Source: Balanoglossus misakiensis (Eukaryota > Animalia > Hemichordata). From it: a DNA stretch of 64,000 nucleotides. Location of the stretch: positions 1,222,831-1,286,830 of the forward strand of contig CM082578.2 in NCBI GenBank assembly GCA_040954595.2, read 5' to 3'. The position numbers were made by a program, and so were the translations under genes. This document shows positions 50,701 to 63,846 of this stretch, piece after piece; position 1 is the first letter of the stretch, and each line of letters begins with the position of its first letter. The notes under the pieces are model-generated. The model saw only the letters and a list, made by a program, of their open reading frames with translations. It did no database searches and was not told where the DNA came from.

Positions 50701-52069
50701 TTTCGTAATATCAACCAAATTTTACATAGAATAGGCATATCATATGTCATCAGATCTTCGAATGTGATGAAAACAGTGTGTTTTTAGTGTTTTTTTAAAA
50801 ATGACCTTTTTTGGGTTAAAAAGTGCCAAAACGGCAATTTTGTCTTAGGTGGGGTCAGTTAGACTGCTTTTTTCGTAATATCAACCAAACTTTACATAGA
50901 ATAGGCATATCATATGTCATCAGATCTTCGAATGTGACGAAAAAAGTGTGTTTTTAGTGTTTTTTTAAAAATGACCTTTTTTGGGTTAAAAAGTGCCAAA
51001 ACGGCAATTTTGTCTTAGGTGGGGTCAGTTAGACTGCTTTTTTCGTAATATCAACCAAACTTTACATAGAATAGGCATATCATATGTCATCAGATCTTCG
51101 AATGTGACGAAAACAGTGTGTTTTTAGTGTTTTCTAAAAATGACCTTTTTTGGGTTAAAAAGTGCCAAAATGGCAATTTTGTCTTGGGTGGGGTCAGTTA
51201 GACTGCTTTTTTCGTAATATCAACCAAATTTTACATAGAATAGGCATATCATTTGTCATCAGATCTTCGAATGTGACGAAAACAGTGTGTTTTTAGTGTT
51301 TTCTAAAAATGACCTTTTTTTGGGTTAAAAAGTGCCAAAATGGCAATTTTGTCTTGGGTGGGGTCAATAAGACTGCCTTTTTTGGAATCAGCACCATTTT
51401 TTACATAGAATGGACTTCACAAACCTTCCTTACCAATTTTTTCATTTAAAGGCACCTATCTCCTAGGGTAATAACTTGTCATCATAGTCACTAATTGGTA
51501 AGGGTACTTGGAAGTATGACGTAATGATGACGTAATTGATTATTATATCAATATTTTGCAATAATTAGATACTTTACTCAATCAGCTTTCTGTTGATACC
51601 AAACACATCACAGTTTTCATCAGTACAATTGCTCAGAGACGTGTTTTGCAAAACCTCACATTTATGCAAATTATAGGTGAACAGAACACCATTTTCGTAA
51701 GGGTATTTTGACTTATGACGTCACTATGATGTCATGATTTGTCATATCACTTTAATTTTGTAATTAATGGAAAGCTTGTTTATTAAGCTTTCTTTTGATA
51801 CCAAATACTTCCCTGTTGTTCTAGGTATACATTCAGAGAGACAGTATTTTACAAGACTAATTTACCCCCCTACGTCAATTTATATGCACTTTTAGGCTTT
51901 TCTACATACGTTACCCAATATAATTTAAAAGCCAATAACTCGAAAACGCCCCGGTGCCCAGATGGCAAACAAAGTGAATTTTACTCAGTATATGATAGGC
52001 TTTCAGAAAAACATTGTCTCAAAAATTCCCCCGGGGGGGGGAGGTAAACCCCTACTGGCTCATGGTCTA
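47710..52069. mobile_element. 4.36-kb non-autonomous Academ-type element with ~1.5-kb TIRs, internal ~178-bp tandem units and 3-bp TSD
   Basis: TGA|TAGACCATGAGCCAGTAGGGG ... CCCCTACTGGCTCATGGTCTA|TGA; arms 47710-49212 and ~50400-52069 are nearly identical. Confidence 0.9.
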
Positions 52070-52137
52070 TGACTGTGATCTTGCTGATGTTCTGTTTGTG
52101 AGGTGTGTATGTTAAGATGACTTTTTCTTTCTTCCAG

Positions 52138-52289
52138 TATATTCTTTGTGTGGTGGGAATTTCATAGCACAGTCATATAAACAGAATCTCAGCAGTACAG
52201 AATATTTTGAAGGCAAGAATTATCTCAACAATGAAGATTGTAACTGGCAGCTAGCATCATTCACAACAGAATTTGTTGTCACCTTACAG
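52138..52289 (+). CDS. uif-like exon: CUB2 N-half
   Basis: LCGGNFIAQSYKQNLSSTEY..NYLNNEDCNW. Confidence 0.85.
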
Positions 52290-52724
52290 GTAAATAGGAG
52301 ACTACATGTAGATTAACTCATTTTTTTACTCTTTTTAACAATTCATTTCATGTTATTAGTGGATTCAGATGCAATTAATCGTGTGAGTTGTTTGACAGCA
52401 TGACAAAAATTAGTAATTGTATTTTAAAAAATACATTTTATTTTTGTCATTTCTGGTCAATTCTCAGTAGCCACTTTTCTGATTTCTTAAAATTTGGTTT
52501 ACAAGGACCTACAAGTATTTTTATTATGGTGTACATAAACATGTGTCAAATATCAATACTGGGGAGGAGGGGGGTGGGTAGTTTTAGACATTTTTGGTCC
52601 AAAAGTCCACTTATGTCAGATACTGCTCTTCCAGTTGTTTTGGATTTTGGTTTATTGGGATGTGAAAATATTCTTCATCAGATTTATTCTTATATTACCT
52701 CATCAATGCTAAAGGTGCCCTTAT

Positions 52725-52979
52725 AGGGACAAAGTCTCTCTCTCTCGCTGCCCTTTTCCCATTTATTATGTTTGATACAAGACACTGTTTATGTTGTTCT
52801 ACATGAGGATATATAGTGAATCAACATTCGACCATTTTTAGGATATGAGAGTAAAAATCTCGCCCAAAATGAAGCGGGATGGAATGTTGATTCACTATAT
52901 ATCCACATGTAGAATAACATAAACGATAATCAAACGATAATTAATGGAAAAGGGGCAGCGAGAGAGAGACTTTGCCCCT
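52725..52979. mobile_element. Kolobok-like MITE family (AGGGACAAAG...CTTTGTCCCT, TTAA-like flanks); other copies 53381-53727, 54339-54698, 58371-58698, partial 63660-63780
   Basis: Palindromic copies with AG termini and TTAA/TTAT flanks. Confidence 0.7.
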
Positions 52980-53093
52980 TAATGGTTTTGCGTAGGAAAT
53001 TGTGATCACTATGATTGTACGGTATGTCACATTTAAATGTACATATCAAATGGGAGCACAGTGTCTTTGATGCTATTTTTTACATCTTTTCAG

Positions 53094-53295
53094 TTTATCT
53101 CCTTTGCAACAGAAGATGGGGCTGATCAAGTGTCTGTATACGATGGCGCTGAACTGAATCCCGTCCTCCGACTTGCTTTATTTTCTGGGATGGAGTTACC
53201 CAATGTCATCATATCTTCCAAAAGTGTGATGAGAGTTGACTTTAAGAGTGATGATGCAGTTACAATGAGAGGTTTTCATGCACATTACTGGGCAG
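53094..53295 (+). CDS. uif-like exon: CUB2 C-half
   Basis: FATEDGADQVSVYDG..MRVDFKSD..RGFHAHY. Confidence 0.85.
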
Positions 53296-54116
53296 GTAGG
53301 TAACGCATTCAAATTGATCAAGATGTTGTTTGAATGAAGAGGCAATCAAGGATTCATGATACAAGAGAACAATGTTTTATAGGGACAAAGTCTCTCTCTC
53401 TACCCTTTTTCCAGGAATTATGATGATACAATACAGCATTTATGTTATTCTACATGTGGATATATAGTGAATGAACATTCAACCACACACAACTTCCATC
53501 CCACTTGTAGACATAAGAGTGAAAAAACTCGCCAAAATGAAAAATCGGTCTCTACCGTTTATTCATTTTGGCAAGATTTTTACTCTCAAATCCTACAAAC
53601 GGGATGGAAGTTGTGCGTGGTTGAATGTTCATTCACTATATATCCACATGTAGAATAACATAAACAGTGTCTTGTATCAAACATAGCTAATGGAAAAAGG
53701 GCAGCGAGAGAGAGAAACTTTGTCCCTTTAAATCACTTAAAATCCTTCCCAAAGAATTTCAACCCAGTAAGAATTGTAAGGATCACAAATATATCTTCCT
53801 TTGCCATTCTTTCTGGAGGTTTATAAGCTAATCTGATACTGGGTCATTATGGAACTTTTTAACAGAAAAAATAACAAAATGTGAAAAAAGTTAAATGAGT
53901 TTAATTTGCTAACTACATGTATAACGACAGAAATGTTTGACCTAAGGAAGTCATAAAATACAGTTAACAGTCATTTCTTCTATCGCTTACGACTTTTTAT
54001 CCAGAAGGCAATTATTATGTGATTTGATCCCCTAGCACGAAATAAAAGGCAGCCAGGATTACACCAAACCTGTGGATTGAATTAATTATTTCTTGTTTGG
54101 TATTTTTTCTTCAAAG

Positions 54117-54301
54117 GTTGCCAGGGAATTGAAATTCTGCGTAGTTTTGGTACGATTCAGTCACCAGGCTATGATGTTAGCACTTACCCTGATGATGTTA
54201 TGTGTAGCTGGGTAATCAAGGAACCAACTGGAAGACCATTAACTCTTATCTTTGATGACAACTTTGGATTAGAGAGGAACACAGATGTTGATTACATCAT
54301 T
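54117..54301 (+). CDS. uif-like exon: CUB3 N-half
   Basis: GC..FGTIQSPGY..YPDDVMCSWVI. Confidence 0.85.
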
Positions 54302-55277
54302 GTAAGTATCAGATATGATCAGGAGTCAGCCATGTTAAAGGGACAAAGTCTCTCTCCCGCTGCCCTTTTTCCATTAATTATGTTGATACAAGACACCGTT
54401 TGTGTTATTCTACATGTGGATATGTAGTGAATGAACGTTCAACCACATACAACTTCCATCCCACTTGTAGACACAAGAGTGAAAAACTCGCCAAAATGAA
54501 TAATCGGTGATTACTGTTTATTCATTTTGGGCGAGTTTTTACTCTCATACCCTACAAATGGGATGGAAGTTGTTTGTGGTCGAAGGTTGATTACAAATGT
54601 ATCTATATAACCACAGGTAGAATAACATAAACAGTGTCTTGTATCAAACATAATTAATGGAAAAAGGGCAGAGAGAGAGAGAGAGAGACTTTGAACCTTT
54701 AATGCTGACAAAATTTTGTCATATTATTTTGCAGTGATTTTAGTTTGACAATTTTGGCAGACATTACTTCAAACTATACAACTTTGGAACACAATTTTGA
54801 AATTCAATTAAACACATATATACTGTAAAACGGTAAACTTTTGCAACATGAAATGTTTGCGTTCTTGTATTTCACTGCATCATTATCCCTGAAAAACATT
54901 TTTATGCGACTTTTTATTTTTTACGTTTTGATGGCTCTCGCATAGTTCACGAAAATTTATCATTTGCGAAAATTTCCCGTTTTACAGTATTTGAGTAGCT
55001 GTTACAGCAGGAAATGCAACAAGGATTGAATACTGTAAAACGGGACATTTTCGTGAATGATAATTTTTCCCAAACTACGCGAGAGCCAATAAACATGAAA
55101 ATAAAGAGTCGCATAAAATGTTTTTTTCAGAGATAACTATGCAGTAAAATATGACAATGTGAAAATTAATTGTCGTGTAACAGTAGCCACCTTTGATATC
55201 GCGAAAATTTCCTGTTGTGAAGATTTCCCGTTTTACGGTATTTACAATGCATGCTTAATTTGTCTTTGTTTCTGAAG

Positions 55278-55461
55278 GTATACAATGGTACTGAGAGTGA
55301 TGATGATGTCATTATTGGTCCATGGAGTGGCAATTCTGATGAAGTCATTGATGGCACATTGCCACCACCCGATTGCCGTACAGACATTGGACACTTTTCG
55401 GTTGTGTTCAGGAGTAGTAGAACACGGCCAGCTAAAGGATTCAGGGCGTCATTTTCACCAG
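55278..55461 (+). CDS. uif-like exon: CUB3 C-half
   Basis: VYNG..GPWSG..GHFSVVFRS..KGFRASF. Confidence 0.85.
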
Positions 55462-55643
55462 GTATACATAACTTACTAACATTTCAGAAAAGGATGTTAC
55501 AGAATTCTTAGAAACACGCACTCCCTTTATTCCTTATGATTTAGAGTCATTAAGTGAAAGGTGGAAAGATTTTTGAATATGCTTCGTTCATTCTAAGAAT
55601 GATCTAATTTCAGGGACTTGTGGATGAATTGTCATGTTTATAA

Positions 55644-55764
55644 TCTTTACGGCCCTGATACGGGTTTTGTGGCCCGAGGTTGTACGGCGGAAGCGCCCGA
55701 CCGCAGGGAGGGCGGGAATCGTCGTACGACCGATGGCCGCAAAACCCGTATCAGGGCCGTAAAG
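55644..55764. repeat. ~120-bp hairpin at the edge of a GC-richer intronic insertion (~55640-56800)
   Basis: ctttacggccctgatacgggttttg ... caaaacccgtatcagggccgtaaag. Confidence 0.75.
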
Positions 55765-57550
55765 GTTTTATCATATGCCTTATTGAACGATAATCTACAA
55801 GAAACTAATAAAATACACATTCTGTAATATTTTGGAATGTAAATATTATGTGTTTATCTATCGTTTTGGAATGATCTATCCCGTAGCATAGAGGCGCATT
55901 CCTCCAGTTCTTGCGGATTGATATGCACGATGTCATTTGTTTATATTCTATTGCACGTGAGATATAGACGCGCTCGAACTCACAGAGCCGAGCGCGAGCA
56001 AAACATTTTTTCTTCGCGACGATCGACGCCGACAGTCACACATTAATCAAATCAAATCATCAATTTTACTATTCATATTTCCAAATAAAGCTCTACAACA
56101 TGCAGCGATTACGGAAGATGATGGGATTCGGTAGTGGCATAGGACATACACACACTGCAAGTGCACTAGTCACTGACACCGCACCAGAAAAATTTAATTC
56201 CGAACGTAGCAATGACAATTTTCGAATCTCGCGCAATAAACACAAAACTAGATCCGGATATTGAACGCGTCTTCCAAATATGGTCACCGGGCCGGGGCGT
56301 GATAAGCAAAAAAACTGCACGGATGTGAGGGCGCTTTTCCCCATAGACTTTACGTGGGCACGTGAATATAGGCATATGATAATCAGTGTTTCCGCTACCC
56401 GCTCGCCAAATCGCAAATGCGAGTAAAAAATTGTGTTTGGCAAGACGATTTTCATACAAATTAGCCAAACTTGCGAAGCACTGCTATCTAACATCGTCGT
56501 TTCTTGTGCCATGATCACCGTGAGTTCACTGCACTACAATGCGTGAAAGTGGACCGTTGTTCTGTTCATTGATCATCACCCCCTGTATATCATGAACATC
56601 GTAAGGCAATGCATTGAATTCAGCTCTTCCAGCTAGTGGTCGCACTCGCTTGATTTCCTGTGTGTGTCTCTGGGGACGCAAAGAATGCATGTGCGTCTTT
56701 TCCTAATTTGCATATTTTGAATGGGTTATGCTTACAAATTGATACATTTTAGGTCTGCCTTGACTGGAACGCGTCCAGTGTACAGGTTGTTATGGAAGTT
56801 TCTCTGTTTAGAAACGCTAGTGTAGTGGCTTGCCCGTCAAAAGCTGGCCGTGCATAGTGGAGTACGTAATTTTTTGGCTGCCCAAACGTGCAAGTTAGGT
56901 TGACAATTTACATGCCCTGCATCAATATTTTTTTTAAAGTTTTTTTTTTATATTGTTTTATTGAAAATCAACCAGCAACAGTATCCACAATATCTCTTGT
57001 CTCAATTATGAGCGTATATATCAAGTTCATCTCTCAATATAAAGAGAAGGAAAAAAATAAATACACTTCAATATTCACTATCCAACTCAGACATTCTCTA
57101 TTTGCCTGTTGGGTGAATTTTCAAAAAAACAAAACAAACAAAAACATGAAGACGAACAAGGACCAACAGCAGGCAAACACCCTAAGTCTCCTTACAAAAT
57201 ACTTGTGAACTTGTCATCAAGAACCACCAACATAAGTTAAACATACAGTGCATCAATATTTAGTTGCCCAAGGCAATCAGTCAAAGCTTAATTTGAAGCC
57301 CTGATTCTGTTCATTTTGTGACACCCCCCCCCCTCCGAATCAGCTGTTGCGGCAGCATTGGTTTGGCTAATGCAAAGTCAAGTTTGGCTAGTAAATTTTC
57401 ATGTCTTTTAGCCAAATTGCTAGAAGATTTTGAAACCCAGAGGAAACACTGGATAATAAACATACAAATGCGGCACGACGACCCCTCACATTTATGAGTC
57501 AAAGTATTTGTCTGCATGCATTCTTATCATTGTGATCCTTGTTCTGACAG

Positions 57551-57736
57551 ACTGTCCCGAAATTGTGATTGGTGAGGGCGTGGTGACCAGTACAGATGAT
57601 AGAAGCTATGATGTCACTGTCTCATTCCAATGCTTGGATGGTTATCAGAAAGTGTCTGGTACTGTCTCTTCTCTCACTTGTCTCTTTGGTGGAAACTGGA
57701 ATGAAGAGGATCCTCTCAAGTTACCAGCATGTCAAA
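57551..57736 (+). CDS. uif-like exon: sushi/CCP 1
   Basis: DCP..VSFQCLDGY..LTCLFGGNW..PAC. Confidence 0.85.
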
Positions 57737-58753
57737 GTAAGGCAATAGTGCACTATTCTTCGATATCAAATAACGTCTGACGCAGTTCCGTTGGCATTCA
57801 AATTTCCAGATGACGGGCAACATCAACAACTTGGTGCTGACAAAGACAGTGCAGATGAAACACCATGAGGCTGATGAGGCACCATACCTGATACATGTTA
57901 CGTGTCTGGTAGTTCTAAAGTAAAAACATACTCGGAAAAACTTTTACTGGATGCCGAAATATTGTTTTCCCGTCATCTGGAAATGACAACACCGTGGGTC
58001 ACATGGCCAGATCACATGATTGATAGTAAAGAATTGGTAGGACCGAATCCAGTAGAAGGGGTCCAGCTAATTTCTACATAATTTGGTAGCTTTGAGGTCA
58101 CTCTTTCAGAAGAAAAAAAAAACATTTTTAGAAACCCATTGCCTGTTGATTTCCAGTGCGTAAACAAGCCTACATTTCCTGTTCCACAGTTCAGTCAAGT
58201 TTAGGAGAAAACTAAAGTCGTCTCAATGTGAACTGTAACTCATGTAGGAATTAATGACTTCTCATACAGGTGTCATGTTGTTTGTAGCTATAAAATTTCT
58301 GTGATGGGAATTATTAATGTGAAGATATGATTCAATCTAACTTATATTTGTTTATTTTATGAACATTTAAAGGGACAAAGTCTCACTCGCTGCCCTTTTC
58401 CATGAATTATGTTTGATACAAGACACCGTTTATGTTATTCTACATGTGGGTATACATGTATAGTGAATCAACATTCGACCACACACAACTTCCATACTGT
58501 TGAGTAATGAGAGTAAAAATCTCGCCAAAATGAGTAAATGGTAGAGACCGATTATTCATTTTGGCGAGTTTTTCACTCTTGTGTCTATAAATGGGATGGA
58601 ATTTGTGTGTGGTTGAATGTTGTTTCACTATACCATGGTGTCTTGTATCAAAGATGATTAATGAAAAAGGGGCAGCGAGATAGACTTAATTTGTCCCTTG
58701 AATCTATTGTTAGTAACAACTTGAATGACACTAATTTGTTGTTTATTTTTTAG

Positions 58754-58933
58754 GAATAACATGTGGTGGACCCCCTGAGTGCAGCAGTGGAATTCTTACC
58801 AATGTTACCAGTACAGTGTATGGTGGAATTACTTATTATCAATGCATTGAGGGCCATCAGTTTATAAATAATGTGACTTCATTGGAATGCCAAGCAGATG
58901 GTGTCTGGGGTCCGCTTGTGCCCCAATGCGAGC
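58754..58933 (+). CDS. uif-like exon: sushi/CCP 2
   Basis: ITCGGPP..YQCIEGH..ECQADGVW..PQC. Confidence 0.85.
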
Positions 58934-59385
58934 GTAAGTTGATATTTTTGAAAACAATTAAACTGTCATTGTAGTGCACACGTAGGAGACGGATTTTACA
59001 GGGTATATTGGCCTACTGTTTGGAGTAGAACAAAACATTGCATTTGGTACAGAGAACAAAAAATACTCTAAAACAGGTTATTTTCGCAACAAAAAATTTT
59101 CGCAATATCGAAAGAGGCAACTGTTATGCGAGGATTAATTTTCGCGTTTTCATATATCACTAACTGCATTGTTATCTCTGAAAAACATTTTACGCGACTT
59201 TTTATTTTCATGTTCTTTGGCTCTCGCGTATTTCGCTGAAATGTTTTGCTTGCGAAAATAGCCCATTTTGCAGTACTTAAAATAAAGCCAATTACAAGTT
59301 ACTGTAGCTACATGTAATGTCCCTTTAAACTTTTTTCCTAGTAGTAACACGCTTGTGATGTTATCTGTTCATCTTACCCAAACAG

Positions 59386-59568
59386 CTCGTGAGTGTCCAC
59401 CACCGAATGTAGACAACTACTTATCTTATGAAATTGTTAATGGTGATTCATTGGTTTTTGGAACAACCATTGCCTACTCATGTCCATCTGGCTACAGTCT
59501 GACTGGCTACACTGTCTCTACATGTGGTGAAGATGGATCTTGGATTGGAGATCCAGGATAATGTCAAC
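59386..59568 (+). CDS. uif-like exon: sushi/CCP 3 with in-frame TAA
   Basis: ECPPP..YSCPSGYSLTG..TCGEDGSWIGDPG*CQ|gtaagt. Confidence 0.8.
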
Positions 59569-59897
59569 GTAAGTCATTTAAGGACATGTACGTTCACTAA
59601 AATTGAAAGTATGGTCATTTCTTTTAATTGTTGATTTTTGGATTCGCCTTTGTATGTATAATGAAAATCAGTAATGAAATATACGGGTCACCGTGCTTGT
59701 TTTTGAAATACAGAGCCATGAATTCAGTCGATAATAGAAGAAAAGGAGTCTATGGTATCTGGACTTTTATAGTGGGAACTTGGGGTGAAAAGGTTAAAGT
59801 TGTTTCACAATACAGGTACCTGATACATACCGGTATACCACAACCAAGTCTGAATCCACATAATCCATAAAGATGTTTTATTTTTTTTTACTTGCAG

Positions 59898-60080
59898 GAT
59901 TAAACTGCAGTGACATACTCATAACAGACCAACATTTACAAGCTGTCCCAGATAGTGGACCATATTATATGGGCAGCAACATCACATTCTATTGCGATGC
60001 TGGCTATGAATTAAATGGTGCTGATTACCTGACTTGTCAATCAGATTTACAGTGGAATGATGCAATACCATCATGCATTG
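59898..60080 (+). CDS. uif-like exon: sushi/CCP 4
   Basis: NCSD..TFYCDAGYELNG..TCQSDLQWNDAIPSC. Confidence 0.85.
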
Positions 60081-60126
60081 GTAAGTTCACATCATGATTG
60101 GTCTTCATGTGGTTGTCTGCTTATTA

Positions 60127-60431
60127 GGCCAAAAAAGGAAATGTTTCTGGTCAGACCCTTCTTTAAAAACTGGTGGGGGGACGCAAATTTAAAAATAAAA
60201 ATTTCCCTCAAGGGAGGAAGGCCGTCAGTTTTATAGTTTTTATCAATATAGTCACATGTACACTGTTCATGCAGTCATTGATTACACGCCCCAAAGTGTC
60301 CTGTGATTTATATCTAGTTGAAGCAGTTTGAGTTTGCCGTGGCCGCCACCACAAACCAGGAAAAAAATGGGGGTGACGCGCTGTTATTCAAGTGACCCGC
60401 GCGCTGACCAGAAACATTTCATTTTTTGGCC
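60127..60431. mobile_element. PIF/Harbinger-like MITE (GGCCAAAAAA..AAATGTTTCTGGTCAG TIR, TTA/TGA flanks)
   Basis: ~28-bp inverted termini. Confidence 0.6.
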
Positions 60432-60892
60432 TGAGTTATTGTAATCACTCCAGTAATTCGACTGCTCCATTAGTTTGACCACCCACTAATCTTTGGATAA
60501 TTAATTATTCTAAAACCTCCAATTGTTCGACCAGTGCGTGACTGCATAATTCCCCCACCCCTCACCCCCACCCCCTGAGTTTTAATATCCTCATATAAGT
60601 GCCCTTTATCGCTACAGGAAATTTTTGCGACCGGAAATTTTCGCGATATAAAAAGCAGAAACTGTTACGAGACGATTAAGTTTCATGTTCTCGTATTTCA
60701 CTGCATTGTCATCACTGAAAATCATTTTTAAGCGAATTTTTATTTTCACTACGTCTTTTTTGGCTCTCTAGCGTAAAAATTTACTGTTTGCGAAAATTTC
60801 CTGTTGGTCTATTACCCAGCTAAACTTGTTGGTCCGAATTTTCCCCTTGGACCTCTGGGATTTTGATCATATCTTGATGAATAACATTTCAG

Positions 60893-61021
60893 ATATCAAT
60901 GAATGTAGTACATTGGTGGCACCATGTGGAATCAATCAAGTCTGTGAAAATAGAGATGGTGACTATCAGTGTGCATGTCTGGTGGGATTTGAACCGGATG
61001 TGAATGGAACAGCATGCAAAG
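60893..61021 (+). CDS. uif-like exon: calcium-binding EGF 1
   Basis: DINECSTLVAPCGINQVCENRDGDYQCACLVGF. Confidence 0.9.
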
Positions 61022-61476
61022 GTGAGACATAACCAGTCACATACAACGTAACTTCAAGTCACTATTCACATTTAACACATTCCAAACTATCGGGATAAAT
61101 TTTCAGAATTTCCTTGTAATTTTAAATTTTCTTCAACAGACATAAGTGTTGCCATCACCTTGACACAACTTTATCATACTTTATCTTTTAAGTTCATTCA
61201 AAACCTAAAAACAGTCATTTCCTGGAAATGTTCATCTGTTTTCTCTAAAATATCAGCTGAACTGTTTTGTAGAAGGAAATGTTCAAATAATTATTTCACA
61301 GATTTTTTTTCTCCCAAAAATTGCTGAATTTTTCACTGATTTCCCCCCCCCCCCTAAATTCAGCTGAATTTTACACTGATCAGACACTTTTGGAAAGGTG
61401 TGGCACAAATTACTGAACGTACATCCTTAATGCAATTTTTTAATCCAACCCATGTTCCTTCTTTACTACTTTGTAG

Positions 61477-61662
61477 ATATAAATGAATGTGCTTCACATT
61501 CTTGTGATCAACTTTGTGAAAACACTGCAGGTGGTTTTCAATGTTCCTGTGAAGAAGGCTATCTCTTATATGCAAATAACGGCACAGGTGGATTCTATCT
61601 GCCACCTGGAGAAACTGGTCTCTCAATGTATGATGTCTACACTTTTAACCAATCATGTGTTC
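61477..61662 (+). CDS. uif-like exon: calcium-binding EGF 2 plus uif-type insert
   Basis: DINECASHSCDQLCENTAGGFQCSCEEGYLLYANNGTGGFYLPPGETG. Confidence 0.9.
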
Positions 61663-61949
61663 GTAAGTATCATGTTAAACTATAGAGTTAAAGGTATATG
61701 ATCACCCATGGAAAATTAGCTATAATAGTAACCATGGAAAATTGAAATCTAGCCAATCACAGACTTTCAGTGGGAGGTACACGTGAAAAAAGAGCGCCAC
61801 GATATGTTCTTTAGAAGGCTCTAATACGCCATTTCAGCCATATATGGGCATATATAAATTGGAGGTGACTGTATACCTTTAACCAATATTTGTCATATTA
61901 TTGACCTTTATACCGCAATGAATTTGCAGTGACAAAAATTGGACAAATG

Positions 61950-62716
61950 CAGGCCTCGATAATTCCTATCGCCCGACGCCCGTGGCAAGTGTATTTTTAG
62001 CCCGGACAAGTGAAAAATAAAAGTCTTTTGTCCGACGGACAAGTGACCTTTACCCTGTACTAAACGTGCGAGATCGTGGTTTACACCATGGTGATTACTT
62101 GTACCGTCTGCCAAGTACAATGGATGACCTTACGACCTTTATCTACAAAGTTGCAAACTTAGTTTACGGACGCGCGTTTGACTTAGATACATTTTAGTTT
62201 TTACCTACAACATTGTAACATGTTGATGGCCTATGAGACTAGGGCCTATGCTTAAACATCTGCTTCTGAAACCATGCTGAAACTGACTGATCGCCACCAT
62301 ACATCAGCAGTCCTAGGTTTTGTTGAAAAGACATCTTCTGATGGGAGTTTCAATATAGATTTCACTGCATATTTCTGGATTTAGACTGGGTTAAGACAGT
62401 ATTATTCCTATTGCATGCTTACATCAAAGGGTCACTCACATGCCCATTCAAGGAGGGGCATTTTATTTTTCAATTCAAATATGTCTTGGATTTATAGAAT
62501 TTTTTGACATATTGCCACTTTTTAGCTTGGAAATTCTTATGAATTTTTCAAAGGCCAATATTGCAGTATTGCACATGCACGCCGAAATACACATACTGTA
62601 TGGATATGAAAAAATTGTCAAATTGAAGGGCAAGTGTAATTTTCTGAAGGACAAGTGAAATTGTAAAGTCACTTGCCCTGTGGCAAGTGAATTTGTGAAA
62701 AAAATTTCGAGGCCTG
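61950..62716. mobile_element. Non-autonomous hAT-like element with 6-bp TSD
   Basis: CAAATG|CAGGCCTCGA...TCGAGGCCTG|CAAATG; repeated ggacaagtga subterminal motifs. Confidence 0.7.
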
Positions 62717-63359
62717 CAAATGGCTGAATTTCATAATTGGATTTCATAATTTTGCCGTAATTCAGTTATGAAATGTGGAGAAACTCAGCAGACCAACTTT
62801 GCACCGTTATTATTCATTTTGGATTTGTTTCTCTCCTGCTAACAAAAGTGTGCTCTCACCTTATGGCATGAACATGCATTGAATTCTGAGGAAAAGGGGA
62901 TTAATACTTGAGTGTATTTACAAAGACAAACAAGCTCACTGGTAGCATTTAAAGGGGAAGTCCGGTTCAGCTACATAATTGGGTAGCTTTGAGGTCATTC
63001 TTTCAGAAAAAAACATTGTGTAGAAATTATGCATAAATCAGCTGAACAGTACTTCCCTTTTAATATTTCCAAGCAAGGCAATTGGTTTACTGCAACAATT
63101 ATTACTTTGAAAACACAGTGTAAAACAACAATCATGATATACCGGTAAATGTTACTTTAATAGATAGTCATACTTATATAAGCATGACTGTCTATGTTGG
63201 TCTGTAAGTTGTATTTGAAAGAAAAGTTTCATGTACGAATAGTACGAAGATTGACATTTAGTGTTCTATGTAATGGCTATAGTTTGTCATTCTATAAAAA
63301 CATATATTAATTTGTGTGTACTTCACCAATATTCTCTTCTTATTCCTAATCTTGTACAG

Positions 63360-63578
63360 CCGTGACGTGTATTGTACCCAACATTTCCAACCCAATCCCT
63401 ATTCCAAATCCACGTGAAGGATCCCTAGTCTGGAACATAGAGGAAACTGGTGATATTCTGGTGGAGTTCAATAGCACCATTACATTCTATTGTTTGGAGG
63501 GTTTTCAACTGAATGGACAGTCCACTCTGTTGTGTACAGTGGAAGGCCAGTATGATGCGGACTTTCCAACTTGCACAC
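63360..63578 (+). CDS. uif-like exon: sushi/CCP 5
   Basis: VTC..TFYCLEGFQLNGQSTLLCTVEGQYDADFPTC. Confidence 0.85.
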
Positions 63579-63846
63579 GTAAGTCAATATTTTTTTTTTT
63601 AATCAGAAAACCTTGATATTATTATACATCTGGCATCGAGAACAATAGAATTTGGCGTATGGAAGTTGTGTGTGGTTGAACGTTGATTCACTACATATCT
63701 ACATGTAGAATAACACAAACGGTGTCTTGTATTAAATATAATTAATGGAAAAAGGGCAGCGAGAGAGAGACTTTGTCCCTTAAAAAGTGATTACAGATTT
63801 ATCCCAGGCTCTTCCTTCAACTCAACTCTACGTGTATTTTCTACAG

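Noticed and set aside
24095-50787. Repeated 84-101-aa ORF (MFYSHQFTHRIDFPY...) in three places
   Set aside because: Chance frame within the TIR of the non-autonomous element; recurrence reflects repeat copies.
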